DNA of 64,000 nucleotides from Pseudomonadota bacterium (GCA_026390435.1 JAPLFY010000105.1:606-64605), one strand, 5' to 3'; positions 1 to 9,671 are shown, counted from the stretch's first letter. Notes: generated by a model from the sequence alone, not told the origin. Numbers and translations: made by a program.

Positions 1-253
1 CGCATATTCGCCGCCTCCGAGCGCGGCAGCACCTATGTGGCATGACGCGCCAAAACACTGGTTTTTTCGGCTATTGGCTGTTTCTATAATTATAGGCGGC
101 GTGTCAATGATCTGAATATGAAACGTCCCATTAAAACTCTGCGATTCCTTATTAAAAAGCAACTGACCAGGATAATAACCTGCTCTAAGAGAGTAGAATA
201 AACATAAGATAGCTACTGTGTACCGACCACTTTCAACCTTGCAGAACTGAACT

Positions 254-1275
254 ATGCAACCTATTCAGTCAAGTCTTGGCGTGTTTAACAAATCTGGCTT
301 CAAGCTTCGCTGTTGCAGCGCTTTGCAAACGTTGGCGCTCCTTGGTGTTGCAGGGCACTCCGATGCCATTTATGCCCGCGAAGGACTTTCCGGCAGTACG
401 AAGTCCTCTAGTGATGATGGTGAACCTTCCGGGCCCGACCTAGGACCGTGGAAGGTGAAGGTGCCGAAATTATTTCAAGCTAATGGCTACGGCTTGCAAC
501 TGCGCGGCAAGTACCTATCTCTTGGTTCTGACACCATCACCATTTCAGGACGGGACACCACCGAATTTGTGGGGCTTCTCGACTCTAGAGGGCGCATCGT
601 AGACCTGAGAAAAGTGCCCGTAACACAGCACGTATTGACCGGTTTTTCCGCAAGGCAGTTCCGTCTGGCCGGTGGCGTGGGCCTTGGTATCAATGCAGGT
701 AAGTTGGTTGATGATCGCCTGATCCCGGCGGCCGTTTGGCGGCAAACTTTTGATGTTTCCTACCAACCATCAGCTGTCGGCATCTTACTCGGCACTGGAT
801 TAGCGGCAGGTTCCGTCACGGGTGCTAAAAGTGACACGGGAGGTGGAAGCACCGAAACTAATGGAACAGGTTCGACCAATCGTTACACGAGTGTTGAACT
901 ACGCTTGGGCGGGCAGCTGGACTTTGGACTCAACCAATGGGGCAGGAACTACCGTTGGCAGGCTCTAGCGCAGGCAGGAGTGCTGCTCAGCGCCCACGGC
1001 GTGGCTCTGGAGATCAGCAGAGCACAACGAATGCCGGTGGAACTAGTGGATCCAGTGCCTCCGATAACAGTAGTAGTAATTCGGATTCATCTAATAGTCG
1101 GGGAGGCGGAGCTACTGGAATATTCGGTGGCTTAGACATTTTTTACGTGTGGCCGGTTTGGAGTATTGGAGGGCGGGTCACTGCGCGATCTGAATCGATT
1201 GCTGGCAGGGACCGGGGACTTAACGGCAGCTTGAATAGCGTCAGTATTGAACTGCTTGGTGCTGGCTCGATTTGA
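254..1275 (+). pseudogene. Probable outer-membrane beta-barrel protein split by a frameshift near 995-1000 (ORFs 254..1135 and 937..1275)
   Basis: ORF 254 shows beta-strand/loop patterns up to ...AGVLLSAH. The Ser/Gly-rich loop and further strands (GIFGGLDIFYVWPVWSIGGRVTAR) continue in the 937 frame, which is a one-base shift. Confidence 0.5.
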
Positions 1276-1396
1276 TACCTTGAGTGGTTTGTTTGACAAT
1301 TTGCACCCAAAAACACCTGTTGGCACTTGCTGATTTTTTGTAGGCTGATGATTGAGTCGATATCCGCGAGACATGGGGTGCTTTATGGGTCTGCAA

Positions 1397-2422
1397 ATGG
1401 CCAAATCGAAGAGTGCGAAAGAGGCCTATGCACTGGTTAATGAGCTTCAGGCTTATTTAGTTGCGAAGCTAGACGCCTTGCCGCCCGCAGTTGCCGCCTC
1501 GCGGTTTCGTCCCATCGAATGGCTCCGGGCTAAAGGCAGTTTTGGCGGGGGGACTCGCCTCACTGCCACCGACGAATTGATCTTCAACCGCGCTTCGGTC
1601 AATGTCTCGCAGGTGCAGTACGAGAGTGATCCTAGTAAAACTTTGGGCTCAGCAACGGCGATTTCCACGATCGTTCATCCGCGCAACCCACTGGCGCCGT
1701 CGATGCATATGCACATCAGCTGGACGGAACTGAAGTCGGGTAAAGGATACTGGCGGATCATGGGTGACCTTAATCCGAGTATTCCATCTGCTAGTGATAA
1801 ACAGGCTTTTGAGTCAGCTTTTCTTGATGCGGTGGGCGCAGAACTTTATGCGTATGGTTCAGATCAGGGCGCGCGCTATTTTTATATTCCAGCTCTTGGT
1901 AGGCATCGGGGAGTTGCGCACTTTTATCTCGAGGAATTCCAAAGTGGAGATGCGCCCTCAGACCTAAAATTAGCTAAACGCTTTGGCCTGAAAGTAATCG
2001 ATACTTATGGCTCAATGGTTGATCGAATTTTACGAGCTAATGCTGAGGTCACAGCTAGTGATGTGCGCCAGCAGCTCGAGTATCACAGTATTTATTTTCT
2101 CCAGGTTTTAACCCTCGATCGGGGCACAACCTCAGGTCTGTTGGTCCATGACGAAAATGATGTTGGGATTCTTGGCTCTCTGCCGTCCCATGTAGATAAA
2201 GCTCTTTTGACGTCTTACGTACAACGGCTGCCGCCGGTGCAGCAGCTTTTATTGCAAGGTTTAATCGACGTCTTGCCAGATGGTGCGACCAGTTTAGTGG
2301 ACGATGAGGTGAAGGCTAAGCTTGCCAGGGCCACGCGGCTGTTTTACCAAAAACACCCCGAGGCGCAGGAGCTTTTGGCTCGTGCTGACCGCCTGCCTCC
2401 GACGCAGCAGAATCATCTTTGA
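1397..2422 (+). CDS. hemF: Oxygen-dependent coproporphyrinogen III oxidase
   Basis: Motifs GGG-T-R, FNRASVNVS, IVHPRNPLAPSMHMH, YFYIP..RHRGV, DRGTTSGL and SLP. Start chosen at ATG 1397; the ORF track opens at 1352. Confidence 0.85.
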   Translation: MAKSKSAKEAYALVNELQAYLVAKLDALPPAVAASRFRPIEWLRAKGSFGGGTRLTATDELIFNRASVNVSQVQYESDPSKTLGSATAISTIVHPRNPLAPSMHMHISWTELKSGKGYWRIMGDLNPSIPSASDKQAFESAFLDAVGAELYAYGSDQGARYFYIPALGRHRGVAHFYLEEFQSGDAPSDLKLAKRFGLKVIDTYGSMVDRILRANAEVTASDVRQQLEYHSIYFLQVLTLDRGTTSGLLVHDENDVGILGSLPSHVDKALLTSYVQRLPPVQQLLLQGLIDVLPDGATSLVDDEVKAKLARATRLFYQKHPEAQELLARADRLPPTQQNHL

Positions 2423-2544
2423 TGGTGTTTCTGGTGGCCCCCGCTCCCAAAGCGGAACAACTTTTTGAAACCCTGTCATTCCAGCGGACTTCATCACAAC
2501 TTTGCTGCCGTGGCAGTATTGGCGAACGGGCCTCTTGCCAATAC

Positions 2545-3870
2545 TCAGACAGAGTAGTTTACAAGGTTGCGCAGCGCGTAAAAGGGAATGCTGTAGATTT
2601 GGTCTTGAAGGCCCCACTGGGCCTGCGAAACTTTGATGCCGTAGGGTGCATGTGCCTCCTTCTCTGATAAAAACATATGCAGGCTTTTCATCGCTCCGCC
2701 CGTCGCTGACTTCACCTCGATTGGATAGATGCGCGAGCCTTGCTCGCAGACGAAGTCGACTTCCGCTTGAGATGACTTGGCCTCGCGGTGCCAATAGTGC
2801 AACGATGGGCGATGGTTGGGCACCGTCATGCTGACAAGCTCTTGCGCTACAAATTGCTCGGCGAGCGCGCCTGCCGCGAGGTGATTCATCCTCTTGTTGG
2901 CGGTCAGCATATCACTGAGCCTTAGTCCCAGTATCCGCGCACAAATACCAACATCCACCATGAACACCTTGAACTTCTCGCCCTTCTCCTGAGCGCTGAG
3001 TGGCACGCCATCAGCCGAGGTGTGTATTGCCTTATAGACGATGCCAGCGTCGACCATAAGATTTAAAGCCTGGCCGAGGTCTCTGCTGCGCGCCTCGCGA
3101 TCGATGTTGCTGTATTTGAATTTCTGTCCTAGCAGGCGCGGAGCGTTATCGAAGATCTTACGCAAGTAAGGGACTTTTGCATGTGATGCGTATTTATAAA
3201 AGTCTTCCCGGTAGGTGGCCATGATGACTTGCAGGATGTCTTCACACTCTTGTAGGGAGCCGCCGTTGATGTGAGTGTTGACCACCTCAGGCATCCCACC
3301 GAGTAAAAGGTAGGACGCGTATTCGTGGATCAACATATCGTGGGTGGTGCTATTGGGAGGATTCTTGTGACTCATGGCCTGGATCCGAGTGACCAGATCC
3401 TCGCGACCCTTGGCCGCAATAAATTCGGCGAAGTCGAGTGGAAACATATGAGCGAACTCGACCCTCCCCACGGGAAAAGACTGTTCCTTGATGGCAAATT
3501 CCAGCAGCGACCCAGTGGCGATGACATGCAATTCAGGTAGCTTCTCTTTAAAGTAACGCAGCGACTTGAGGGCTTCTGGCGTATCTTGAATCTCATCCAA
3601 AAACAGCAGAGTCTTGCCGGGTATCGCCGGCACGCCAGTGAGATCTTGTAGGGCCTGAATCAGTTTGTCGGGATTGCCGTAAAGGTCACGTATTACGCGC
3701 GCATACTCCGGCCGTTCGTCCAGGTTGCACTCAATGAAGTGCGGGTAGCTCTTGCCGTGCTGGCGGACAGCCCAGGTCTTGCCCACTTGCCGAGCCCCGC
3801 GCAGCAACAGGGGGCGGCGCGTGCCTTTGGATTGCCATGACTCTAGGTATTTCAGTATCTTGCGATTCAT
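2545..3870 (-). CDS. AAA+ ATPase (AAA_14 plus DUF4143 family)
   Basis: Walker A GARQVGKT, Walker B LFLDEIQ, ATGS, GGMPE, C-terminal AEVDF...PIEVKS nuclease-like motif. Confidence 0.9.
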   Translation of the reverse strand: MNRKILKYLESWQSKGTRRPLLLRGARQVGKTWAVRQHGKSYPHFIECNLDERPEYARVIRDLYGNPDKLIQALQDLTGVPAIPGKTLLFLDEIQDTPEALKSLRYFKEKLPELHVIATGSLLEFAIKEQSFPVGRVEFAHMFPLDFAEFIAAKGREDLVTRIQAMSHKNPPNSTTHDMLIHEYASYLLLGGMPEVVNTHINGGSLQECEDILQVIMATYREDFYKYASHAKVPYLRKIFDNAPRLLGQKFKYSNIDREARSRDLGQALNLMVDAGIVYKAIHTSADGVPLSAQEKGEKFKVFMVDVGICARILGLRLSDMLTANKRMNHLAAGALAEQFVAQELVSMTVPNHRPSLHYWHREAKSSQAEVDFVCEQGSRIYPIEVKSATGGAMKSLHMFLSEKEAHAPYGIKVSQAQWGLQDQIYSIPFYALRNLVNYSV

Positions 3871-4117
3871 ATATTTGTTTTATAGCCAAAGCTTGGTTTT
3901 TATATGTTTATATTTTAGCCTAATTATGGCCAATAGTCTCATCGAAAATACAACCAGAGGCCTACTATCCAGTGAGTAACCACTTGTAGCTGACACCGCG
4001 GATAGCGCTGGATGCTCGTCATTCGAAATTGGGCTCCTGACTGAGCGAGTCTTCCTGGGGCTGGGTGGTGTGGGGGCAGCTAAAACTGAGCTAAAAGTTT
4101 GGTCCGACGAGACGATG

Positions 4118-4149
4118 TGAGTAATTTGGACTTTACTCCAAATTACTCA
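4118..4149. promoter_or_regulatory. Perfect 13-bp inverted repeat (putative operator)
   Basis: TGAGTAATTTGGA-CTTTAC-TCCAAATTACTCA; a degenerate second copy of the right part lies at 4161-4183. Confidence 0.6.
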
Positions 4150-4190
4150 TGAAAAAAATAGACTATGGTCCAATTTACTAATGGCCTTGA

Positions 4191-4985
4191 GCAGACGATT
4201 CACTTGTAAATCGTTATCGATACTTCCGCCTACATCCCTTCTCGTTGTTGGAATACGATCCTGACGGGAAACATAATTCGTTGGCAGATCTTCTGCGCTT
4301 TGGCGGTTTTCCAGAGCCTTTGTTTACGAAGAATGATCGAGAGCTTCGATTTTGGCAAAGAGATCGATTGTCGCGAGTGAATAGGGAAGATCTTCGTGAT
4401 CTGGAGAGAGTGAAGGAAATTTCTCTGATAGAGGTGCTTGTAGACCTTTTGCCATCGAAAGTTGGTTCGCCATTGTCCATACAGAGCTTGCGCGAGGATC
4501 TTGAGGTCGATCATAAGACCGTATCCCGCTGGATAACCATCTTGGAAAACCTCTATGTCTGCTTCCGCATAGCACCATTTGGCAGTTCTAAGATCCGCGC
4601 AGTAAAAAAAGAGCAAAAACTGTATTTGTGGGATTGGTCGACCATCGAAAACGAAGGAGCGAGGTTTGAAAACCTCGTTGCCAGTCAGCTATTGAAATAC
4701 TGCCACTTTCAGGAGGATACCGAATGTCACAAGATGGAGCTTCGGTATCTGCGCGATACAGACAAAAGGGAAGTTGACTTCGTCGTCATCAAAAATAAAA
4801 AGCCACTGTTTGCAGTTGAGGTGAAGTCATCAGATACCAACCTGAACTCAAGTCTCAATTATTTTGCAAAGAGGACGACGATACCTAAGTTTTTTCAGGT
4901 TCATCTTGGCACCATAGATTATGAAAAGGATGGAGTGCAGGTGCTGCCTTTTTCGACGTTTTGTCAGCTTTGGCAAATGCCTTGA
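4191..4985 (+). pseudogene. 5'-truncated AAA_14/DUF4143 ATPase
   Basis: Frame reads ADDSLVNRYRYFRLHPFS...FGGFPEP...KLYLWDW...REVDF...AVEVK. An in-frame TGA lies at 4188 and no Walker A/B is present. Confidence 0.75.
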
Positions 4986-5079
4986 TTTGACTGAATTGGA
5001 CGCAGTCTTCGACTCTCACCAGCCGTTATGTATCCCACCGCAATCTAGGTAGTAAGTAGCGTGCTATGCGACAGCATCT

Positions 5080-5562
5080 TTACCAATTAAAGCCATCGGA
5101 TTGGAAGTCATACATGATACTGGCCATGGCTGACGCTTTTCTAAGGTAGCTTCTGCTTTTCTCGAAGTCGCGCCGATAATAGTACACAGGAGAAACTTGC
5201 AAGTAGAGTTGGTTCCAGCGGACTCCAACGCTGGCTCCGTAATACAGTCCTGATTCCGTGACGGTGTAGTCCACTCCGGTCTGGAGTCCGAAGTAAGGGG
5301 ATAGATGCTGTCCCCTTAGAAACTCATATCTCGCTCCAAAATTTGCTGTTCCCGCGGCAATGATTGTACCGAGAGTGCCCTCAGCGAAGAAGTCGTGACC
5401 TAGTGCATACGAGCCTGTGATTGCTGGTATCGGCAAGACACCGCGCATTACTAGGGCGCCGACTCTTGTGGATCCCGGTCCCGCTTCAGCAGCAGGTTGA
5501 TCTTTGCTTAGTGCGGGTGTGTTGATTAGCGATAAAAGAACCGTGAAAAAAAATTTTTTCAT
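5080..5562 (-). CDS. Small exported protein, probable outer-membrane beta-barrel; partner of the upstream protease-PLA2 lipoprotein
   Basis: Signal peptide and alternating amphipathic strands (FGARYEF, PYFGLQTGVDY, YYGASVGVRW). Starts 3 nt after the upstream stop. Confidence 0.6.
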   Translation of the reverse strand: MKKFFFTVLLSLINTPALSKDQPAAEAGPGSTRVGALVMRGVLPIPAITGSYALGHDFFAEGTLGTIIAAGTANFGARYEFLRGQHLSPYFGLQTGVDYTVTESGLYYGASVGVRWNQLYLQVSPVYYYRRDFEKSRSYLRKASAMASIMYDFQSDGFNW

Positions 5563-5565
5563 TGA

Positions 5566-6636
5566 TTAGCACTTTCCATTTGAGCATGAATTATACGCAT
5601 CAACACCTGCGTTTTTTACTGCTTCGTAATATACATTTGAAACAACTGCGATGCATTCACCGCGCGTCACAATAAATAAATCATTGTTAAATGTGCTTTC
5701 GCAAATTTTTCTTATGTCTTCGCGCAAATCTTTGTCGCATTTCTCTCTTCCCAGTTGTTGGCTATAGCACTGATCATGTGCTTGACATGCGGGCGTGAAA
5801 TTCGCCACTAGTCCTGGGAGGCCCCAGTTGTCTGGCACCAGATAGGACGTGAAGCCAGTTCCGCAAGCGCCCGCTCTATCGGCCCACATAGGATAACCAG
5901 TCACGCCAATCGGAAGTGGGACTAGAATCTGATCGGTTCTAAGGTGCGGGGTTCTTACGTGTTGCGAGCGTACGTGAGGCCATTCGAGTTTTATGGACTT
6001 ATCTAAGACACTAATGTCTACCGCGTCGTCGTGAAGCTGTCTCGTATTGAGTGCAAAATTCATAGTTTCATTTAAGTTTGTTCCGACATGAATGCCTACT
6101 ATCTTTTCGTCTTGTAAAATCGGCGCGCCTGAAAACTTAGGTATTGTATCGCATTGGTGTGCGAAAGCTGCTGCTCCCTGTAACTGATATGAGACGCTGC
6201 AACTAGTAGTGACCTGCCGATTTTTTTGAATATCAATTGCTAGCAAAGTTAGTGGCTTTTTGTTGTCCAAAGCGCCAAATTCAAAATGTTTAGGGAAGCT
6301 CTGGTCTAACTTGTAGACGACAAAATCTTTCTTATCATCGAGCATCGTAATGTCTGACACATTAGCTTTTTGTCCATTTGCACTGAGAAAGTAAAACCCG
6401 ACGAAACTGTTAGGGTCGGGACTCGCGCAATGTAGGGCGGTTGCCACCTCGGATTTGCTGATCAAGGATGCATTGCATTGGCGGGCGTCAGTGATCAAAA
6501 GGCCTAGGCGTTCGTCTGCATTTTTCGACAGAACGAGGTCATTTTGTCCAATAATGGCTTTAACTTTACCACTATTGGTGCTTTTACAGGACATTATAAA
6601 AAACAAGCAACATAGTATCGTGAAACGTCGCATCAT
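5566..6636 (-). CDS. Lipoprotein: trypsin-like (V8/S1B-type) serine protease plus C-terminal phospholipase A2-like domain
   Basis: Lipobox IMSC; triad TALHC, KDF, CDTIPKFSG; C-terminal ACQAHDQCY...KCD...YYEAV sPLA2-type motif. Confidence 0.8.
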   Translation of the reverse strand: MMRRFTILCCLFFIMSCKSTNSGKVKAIIGQNDLVLSKNADERLGLLITDARQCNASLISKSEVATALHCASPDPNSFVGFYFLSANGQKANVSDITMLDDKKDFVVYKLDQSFPKHFEFGALDNKKPLTLLAIDIQKNRQVTTSCSVSYQLQGAAAFAHQCDTIPKFSGAPILQDEKIVGIHVGTNLNETMNFALNTRQLHDDAVDISVLDKSIKLEWPHVRSQHVRTPHLRTDQILVPLPIGVTGYPMWADRAGACGTGFTSYLVPDNWGLPGLVANFTPACQAHDQCYSQQLGREKCDKDLREDIRKICESTFNNDLFIVTRGECIAVVSNVYYEAVKNAGVDAYNSCSNGKC

Positions 6637-6677
6637 GACCCCGGTCCTTTCTGAGCTAATTTAATGATTTGCTGATT

Positions 6678-7247
6678 TTAAAACCAGTAGACTGCTTGTA
6701 TTTTCGGCAATTGCCAACGAGAGTAGGGTCTGCTTGCGTTATAAGTTGTCCTGCGCTCACCGGTTGCGAATAGGCTTTCTTCAGTTTCATGGGATCGGCC
6801 CAACCTATAGCCGATCCACGACAAGTCAATGGAGAAATTATCATTGAGAAACCAGCGGCTGCCCGTTGAGACCTCTGTGCTACGGGAATCCATTTTTGAC
6901 TTTAAAGAAACTCTAGGAATCTGTTGATGAACAGTTGGATCGGAGTCTATGTATTCGGATGTTGTCCAATTGATGCCGCCAGAAACATACCAGGCACCTT
7001 CCGTTGGGTAAAATTTTGCTAACGCTGAGGCATCGCGGTTCATTGCCTTCTCAGACCCTATGCCTGAGTTGCCTCCACTTAGGGTGATTGCATATGTTAA
7101 GGAGTTGTTGGTCAGCCATTCGGCACCAAATTTGTAACCTATAAAAGGTGTTAATTGAACTCCGGCTAGGACTCCAATGGCCGCATTCGCTGATGTCCCG
7201 CCTAATATAGCTACTAGCATTAGGGCTTTGATCAGAATAAATTTCAT
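6678..7247 (-). CDS. Exported protein, probable outer-membrane beta-barrel
   Basis: Signal peptide MKFILIKALMLVAILGGTSANA, amphipathic strands, C-terminal aromatic signature KIQAVYWF. Confidence 0.7.
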   Translation of the reverse strand: MKFILIKALMLVAILGGTSANAAIGVLAGVQLTPFIGYKFGAEWLTNNSLTYAITLSGGNSGIGSEKAMNRDASALAKFYPTEGAWYVSGGINWTTSEYIDSDPTVHQQIPRVSLKSKMDSRSTEVSTGSRWFLNDNFSIDLSWIGYRLGRSHETEESLFATGERRTTYNASRPYSRWQLPKIQAVYWF

Positions 7248-7270
7248 ACTTACCATTTCTAGGCTCTGAT

Positions 7271-8257
7271 TCAGGAACAAACTGTAACCTTTTCAGTTGA
7301 GCAGCCTATGGACCCACCTTGTGTACATTTGATATTTGAATTGCAGGGGCCTTTGCTCACGCTGCCGCTGCCGAAGCGATTGGTACATTGCAAAGTCGCT
7401 TTGTACTGCGCATCAATTAAGACTGAATTGCCTTGGTATTCGTGACAACGGTTGCTTTCACCGTCAGTGCAGCAGTAAGTCTCTTGTGCAGCGTCATTAT
7501 CCCAAACTGGGCGGCTGGGATCTAGATCTGATACATCGACCCGCACATGGGGCGTTCTGACGTGCGGTGAGCGTGTGTGTGGCCATTCTAGTTCTGCGTC
7601 TACTTCAAGATCAGTTATTATATGGTTCTTGTTTTGAACATCAGATATGTTAAGTGCGTAATTGACTTGTCTTTTGGGGTTGTACCCAATGTGCATTCCA
7701 ACCATTTTACCGTTTTGAATCAGGGCTCCACCCGAAAACCCTTTAATCGAATCACAGTTATGTTCAAACGCTGAGTTCTGTTCTAATTTTCGAACGGGTT
7801 TGCAGCTTGTGGTTTTGAGATCTCTGGTCTGGGGATCGTAGGCAAATAATCTGAGCGGCTGGTTCAGGTCAAAAATGCCTATATCGTAATGAAAATTGAA
7901 CACTGCGGCAGTAGTGTAAATTACAAAGTCCTTTGTCGAATCGAGAAAAAAAATATCGACAATTTTTGTTTGGGCACTTGCCGCAGAGACAGTCATAGCG
8001 GCAAAGGACTGCGGATCATCTCCTATGCAGTGAAGGGCGGCTGCAACTTGCCGCGGGCCCACAATCGTCGCATTGCAGTTATGTTGCCCGTTGTTCAACA
8101 ACACGTGCAAGTCGCGGTTTGTGGGTGGCGGCACTGTTTGAAGAGTGTTGATACCCAGTATAGCTCGCGTTTCAGAGGCCCCTTGGCCGCCCGCGGTCTT
8201 ACAGGAGTGAGCTACTGAATTCGCAACGAATATAAGCAAAATTTTCGCTAGCTTCAT
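7271..8257 (-). CDS. Lipoprotein: trypsin-like (V8/S1B-type) serine protease plus C-terminal 8-Cys domain
   Basis: Lipobox AHSC; triad AALHC, KDF, CDSIKGFSG; paralog of 5566..6636 up to the shared linker. Confidence 0.8.
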   Translation of the reverse strand: MKLAKILLIFVANSVAHSCKTAGGQGASETRAILGINTLQTVPPPTNRDLHVLLNNGQHNCNATIVGPRQVAAALHCIGDDPQSFAAMTVSAASAQTKIVDIFFLDSTKDFVIYTTAAVFNFHYDIGIFDLNQPLRLFAYDPQTRDLKTTSCKPVRKLEQNSAFEHNCDSIKGFSGGALIQNGKMVGMHIGYNPKRQVNYALNISDVQNKNHIITDLEVDAELEWPHTRSPHVRTPHVRVDVSDLDPSRPVWDNDAAQETYCCTDGESNRCHEYQGNSVLIDAQYKATLQCTNRFGSGSVSKGPCNSNIKCTQGGSIGCSTEKVTVCS

Positions 8258-8396
8258 TCTCTAGCAGCCCTAGTATCTGGAATTTTCTTAATTATAACGA
8301 TATCCAAATTCTGTGCACTATTTTTTTGCTACTCCTATAGCCTGATCATAGTAAAATTCCTAATCTCCAACCCAGAAACGTTGAGCTCCGAAGGAA

Positions 8397-9671
8397 GTGA
8401 AAGTGAACCGAGTTAAAGCGTTGATGCTCCTAGGTGCTTGGGTTTTAGTCGCCATGCCGCTGCTCGCTTCTAGCGACGTGTTGGAGCCAGTCTGTCCGGC
8501 TGATTTCAGCGAATGGAAGGAGTGGCGCATCAAAGCTATTCGTGCGGCTATTAGTGCTGGCTATAGCTCTGGCATTAATTCGATGCAGATGACTATTCAA
8601 TCTTGCAGAACGAGTTTTGAGCATCTGGGTCCTAAAAAGAATTGCTTTGATCATATCGATAGATTTAGTCAGCAGTTCTTCAGGACGCATACACGGAATC
8701 ACTCGCTAGCTTTAGGCATTTCTGATAGCGACTATTTGAGCCTCTTGGATTCCAAGGGCCTTGGATCCTTGCCGTCGGCGTTTCGTCATGAGGATTTTCT
8801 GCGTAGGCTTGATGCAGCTCCGGACGGTGAATTTGCAGCTATTGCTCACGACATGGAGCGAATCGGACCGAAGGGTACCATGGCATTTTACTATCGTTCT
8901 AAGCATCTTCCTTCGGTTGATGATGCAGCAGTTAACGGTCGCATCATGTTGTATATTCCAGGATCTAAAGTAGATATTTTTAGTCAGTTCTCAGTTGGGC
9001 GGGGGAAATTAAATCAATTGCCAAACAGTATTTCAGTGATCAGCGTTGTAAAACTTGATTCTGCAGGACATAAGTTTGATCGCCCGAAGGTGTTTTTTAA
9101 CGATCTTTGGCGCATTCGGGGGCGGAAGGTGGTCGTGCTTAATCGGCTGACTGCGACGAAAAGGATGGAGAATTGCTATGGTTGTCACAAAAGTCCATTG
9201 ATTCCTATTTATCCAGAAGCAAGAACATTTGATCTGAGTAACGATAGTGGCCGATTAACTTCAGTAAATGAAATTATGTCGCGGTTTGCTAATGCAGAAC
9301 ATTTTAGTATCGATACCGAAGCGTACGGTCCCCCGATGGGTGTCGAGCGTTTAGAGTCCCTGCCTTGTAAGGGTTGGGGATCAGGAGATTTGGCCTCTGA
9401 AGAGACGGTGCGCTGTGGCGATTGCCACAACGGAGAGGTTCGGGGAAAACTAAACTTCCCCAGCGGTTTATCCATCCAGCTGCCATTTGAAACCAGTCTA
9501 GTGCATGCTTTTGTCGTTGGCTACGGGTTGATGCCCCCAATTTTTCAAGATCAGCCGTTACAGCAGCGAGAAGACATATTTAAGTGCCTGATTGAGGATT
9601 ATTACGGGGATTTTTCTGATCCGAAAACTGGGAGATTCAACCAATGGTTGTTGCAGGAGGACTGTGGGTGA
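8397..9671 (+). CDS. Exported protein with two CxxCH haem-c motifs
   Basis: Signal peptide; CYGCH and CGDCH; distal MPP motif. Confidence 0.6.
   Translation: MKVNRVKALMLLGAWVLVAMPLLASSDVLEPVCPADFSEWKEWRIKAIRAAISAGYSSGINSMQMTIQSCRTSFEHLGPKKNCFDHIDRFSQQFFRTHTRNHSLALGISDSDYLSLLDSKGLGSLPSAFRHEDFLRRLDAAPDGEFAAIAHDMERIGPKGTMAFYYRSKHLPSVDDAAVNGRIMLYIPGSKVDIFSQFSVGRGKLNQLPNSISVISVVKLDSAGHKFDRPKVFFNDLWRIRGRKVVVLNRLTATKRMENCYGCHKSPLIPIYPEARTFDLSNDSGRLTSVNEIMSRFANAEHFSIDTEAYGPPMGVERLESLPCKGWGSGDLASEETVRCGDCHNGEVRGKLNFPSGLSIQLPFETSLVHAFVVGYGLMPPIFQDQPLQQREDIFKCLIEDYYGDFSDPKTGRFNQWLLQEDCG

Noticed and set aside
937-1275. Independent 112-aa gene
   Set aside because: Better explained as the frameshifted 3' part of the 254 ORF.
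8258-8396. sigma-28 promoter for the protease cassette
   Set aside because: No convincing match on the minus strand, so the cassette is not claimed as part of that regulon.
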